64,000 nucleotides of DNA, taken from positions 186,001 through 250,000 of the forward strand of contig OZ287076.1 in assembly GCA_965645245.1 (NCBI GenBank). The letters are read 5' to 3'. The position numbers and the translations under genes were made by a program. Every line of letters begins with the position of its first letter. The stretch's first letter is position 1. The DNA is from Massalongia carnosa (taxonomy: Eukaryota). A model generated the notes under the pieces. The model searched no databases, was not told where the DNA came from, and saw only the letters and a program-made list of their open reading frames with translations. Below, piece by piece: positions 62,746 through 64,000 of this stretch.

Positions 62746-64000
62746 CTAATCATCGTCACTCGCTTCTTCGTCCTCCTCTGCGTCCTCGCCTTCTTCATCC
62801 TCTTGGTCGTCATCAACCGGATGACCCCCCGATCTTGTGTTTCTTGCCGTGCTCCTTGATCTCGCATTCCCTCTTCTTCTCGCACCAGTCTCCGTTCCCT
62901 CGTCCTCCCCGCCCTCTTCGTTCACAGCCCTGCGAACTTTCTTCTCTATTGCTGCCTCCCCTAAACTCCTCACCAGCTTCTTCTCCAACTCATCCGCTTC
63001 CAAATCCTTCTTCCCATATACCTTCCTAATCACCCCGGCCACACCTCTCTCCCCGACTTCCGCCTTCCCCCGAGGCCCGATGATATAATCGACCGACTCT
63101 TCTCCGCCGCCATCACGCTCGCGCACTTTGACGATATATCCCTCGCGTTCCATGCGTTTCAGGACTTTTTCGGTTTTCTCCCCGTTCAAAACATAATTAT
63201 CTGCGTTGACCCGCTTAAGGTGACGCTCAAGCCTTGATTCTGGGATGGACCCGCGCGGGGACAGTAAGATGATGCTAATGATGAAGGTGTATAGTCCCGT
63301 GTAAGCAGCTTCAATCCCATTAGACGGAATACGTGAAGGCGTCAGGATCTCTGGCACTCGGTAGGAAGCGGGGAGTATGGATGTTAGAACGTAAGACTTG
63401 GAGGCCGAGGATGATGAGGCTTGGGACCGTTGCGCCGCTTTCAAACGTTTGTCAACAGCTTTCAGCTAAAAGCAGCAGCGAAAGATGAGAATACCTCGTT
63501 TTTGGCTTATGGTAGTCTTTTCCTTTTGTGGTAGTTCTGTCATTTCCATGCCGAATACAGTCCGAAGCTGATTTTGGGCTTCCCCGAAGATATTTTTGTA
63601 CTGGCGCCCAGTGTTCGGGGCCATGACTATGCTTCCATCGACAATTCAGCCTGCGCGCAAGATGGCACTAATATTCATCACACGTCTCGGGTGTACCGCG
63701 TTTTACCCACCCTTGAAGGTAATGTCTCCTCGCCGAATTGGCTGCCGTGAGTACTCGCATGCAAGGGCCAGTCGAACCAACTTCTTCACCATTTGCCCCT
63801 GACTACTACCGCCTCCTTGGGTGTCCCCATCGAGTCCAGCTCCGCCGTCATTATCTTCATCGACAGAGGAGGCCTGGGAGACCGAAGGCGACCGCCGACG
63901 ACGCGTAGGTGCCGGAGAGGGTGAGGCTTCTGCTTGCTTTTGCGGATCTGTTCAGCTAAAGACCTGTTCACTTGGAACGCATGCTTACTGCGCGACGTTT
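62746..64000 (-). CDS. nse3: MAGE-domain Smc5/6 complex subunit (Nse3-like); 5' end lies beyond the window
   Basis: QMVKKLVRLALACEYSRQPIRRGDI, FGEAQNQLRTVFGMEMTELP, SYVLTSILP, YIIGPRGKAEVG; introns near 63718-63630 and 63495-63442. Confidence 0.85.

Noticed and set aside
62082..63088. Long overlapping ORFs (62082-62885 minus, 62649-63029 plus and others)
   Set aside because: Shadow frames of the ankyrin and nse3 genes and their low-complexity 3' regions.

Overview
Fungal (Pezizomycotina-type ascomycete) genomic DNA with short GT-AG introns. Bases 1 to ~60.5 kb form a transposon-dense accessory island, and ordinary conserved genes (an ankyrin-repeat protein and an NSE3/MAGE gene) resume after ~61.5 kb. 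Mobile elements in the island: a degenerate DUF3435 tyrosine recombinase (Starship 'captain' type) split by a young, intact Ty1/Copia element; a second intact Copia with non-canonical TG..CT LTRs and a foreign solo LTR at its LTR/PBS junction; two decayed Copia relics; a chromodomain Ty3/Gypsy; three Fot1/pogo DNA transposons; a small hAT-like MITE; and several related solo LTRs. Interspersed are mostly pseudogenised genes of non-self-recognition and cell-death families: a patatin-NB-ARC-TPR NLR, a NACHT-ankyrin NLR, a SesB-like alpha/beta hydrolase, a convergent pair of P-loop GTPases, a stand-alone patatin, a kinase and a HET-domain gene. The best lead is the NACHT-ankyrin NLR. Its N-terminus can be spliced from four frame-preserving micro-exons into a short N/G/Q-rich candidate amyloid signalling motif, and it sits head-to-head with the SesB-like effector. 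All family calls come from motif recognition by eye; no searches were run.
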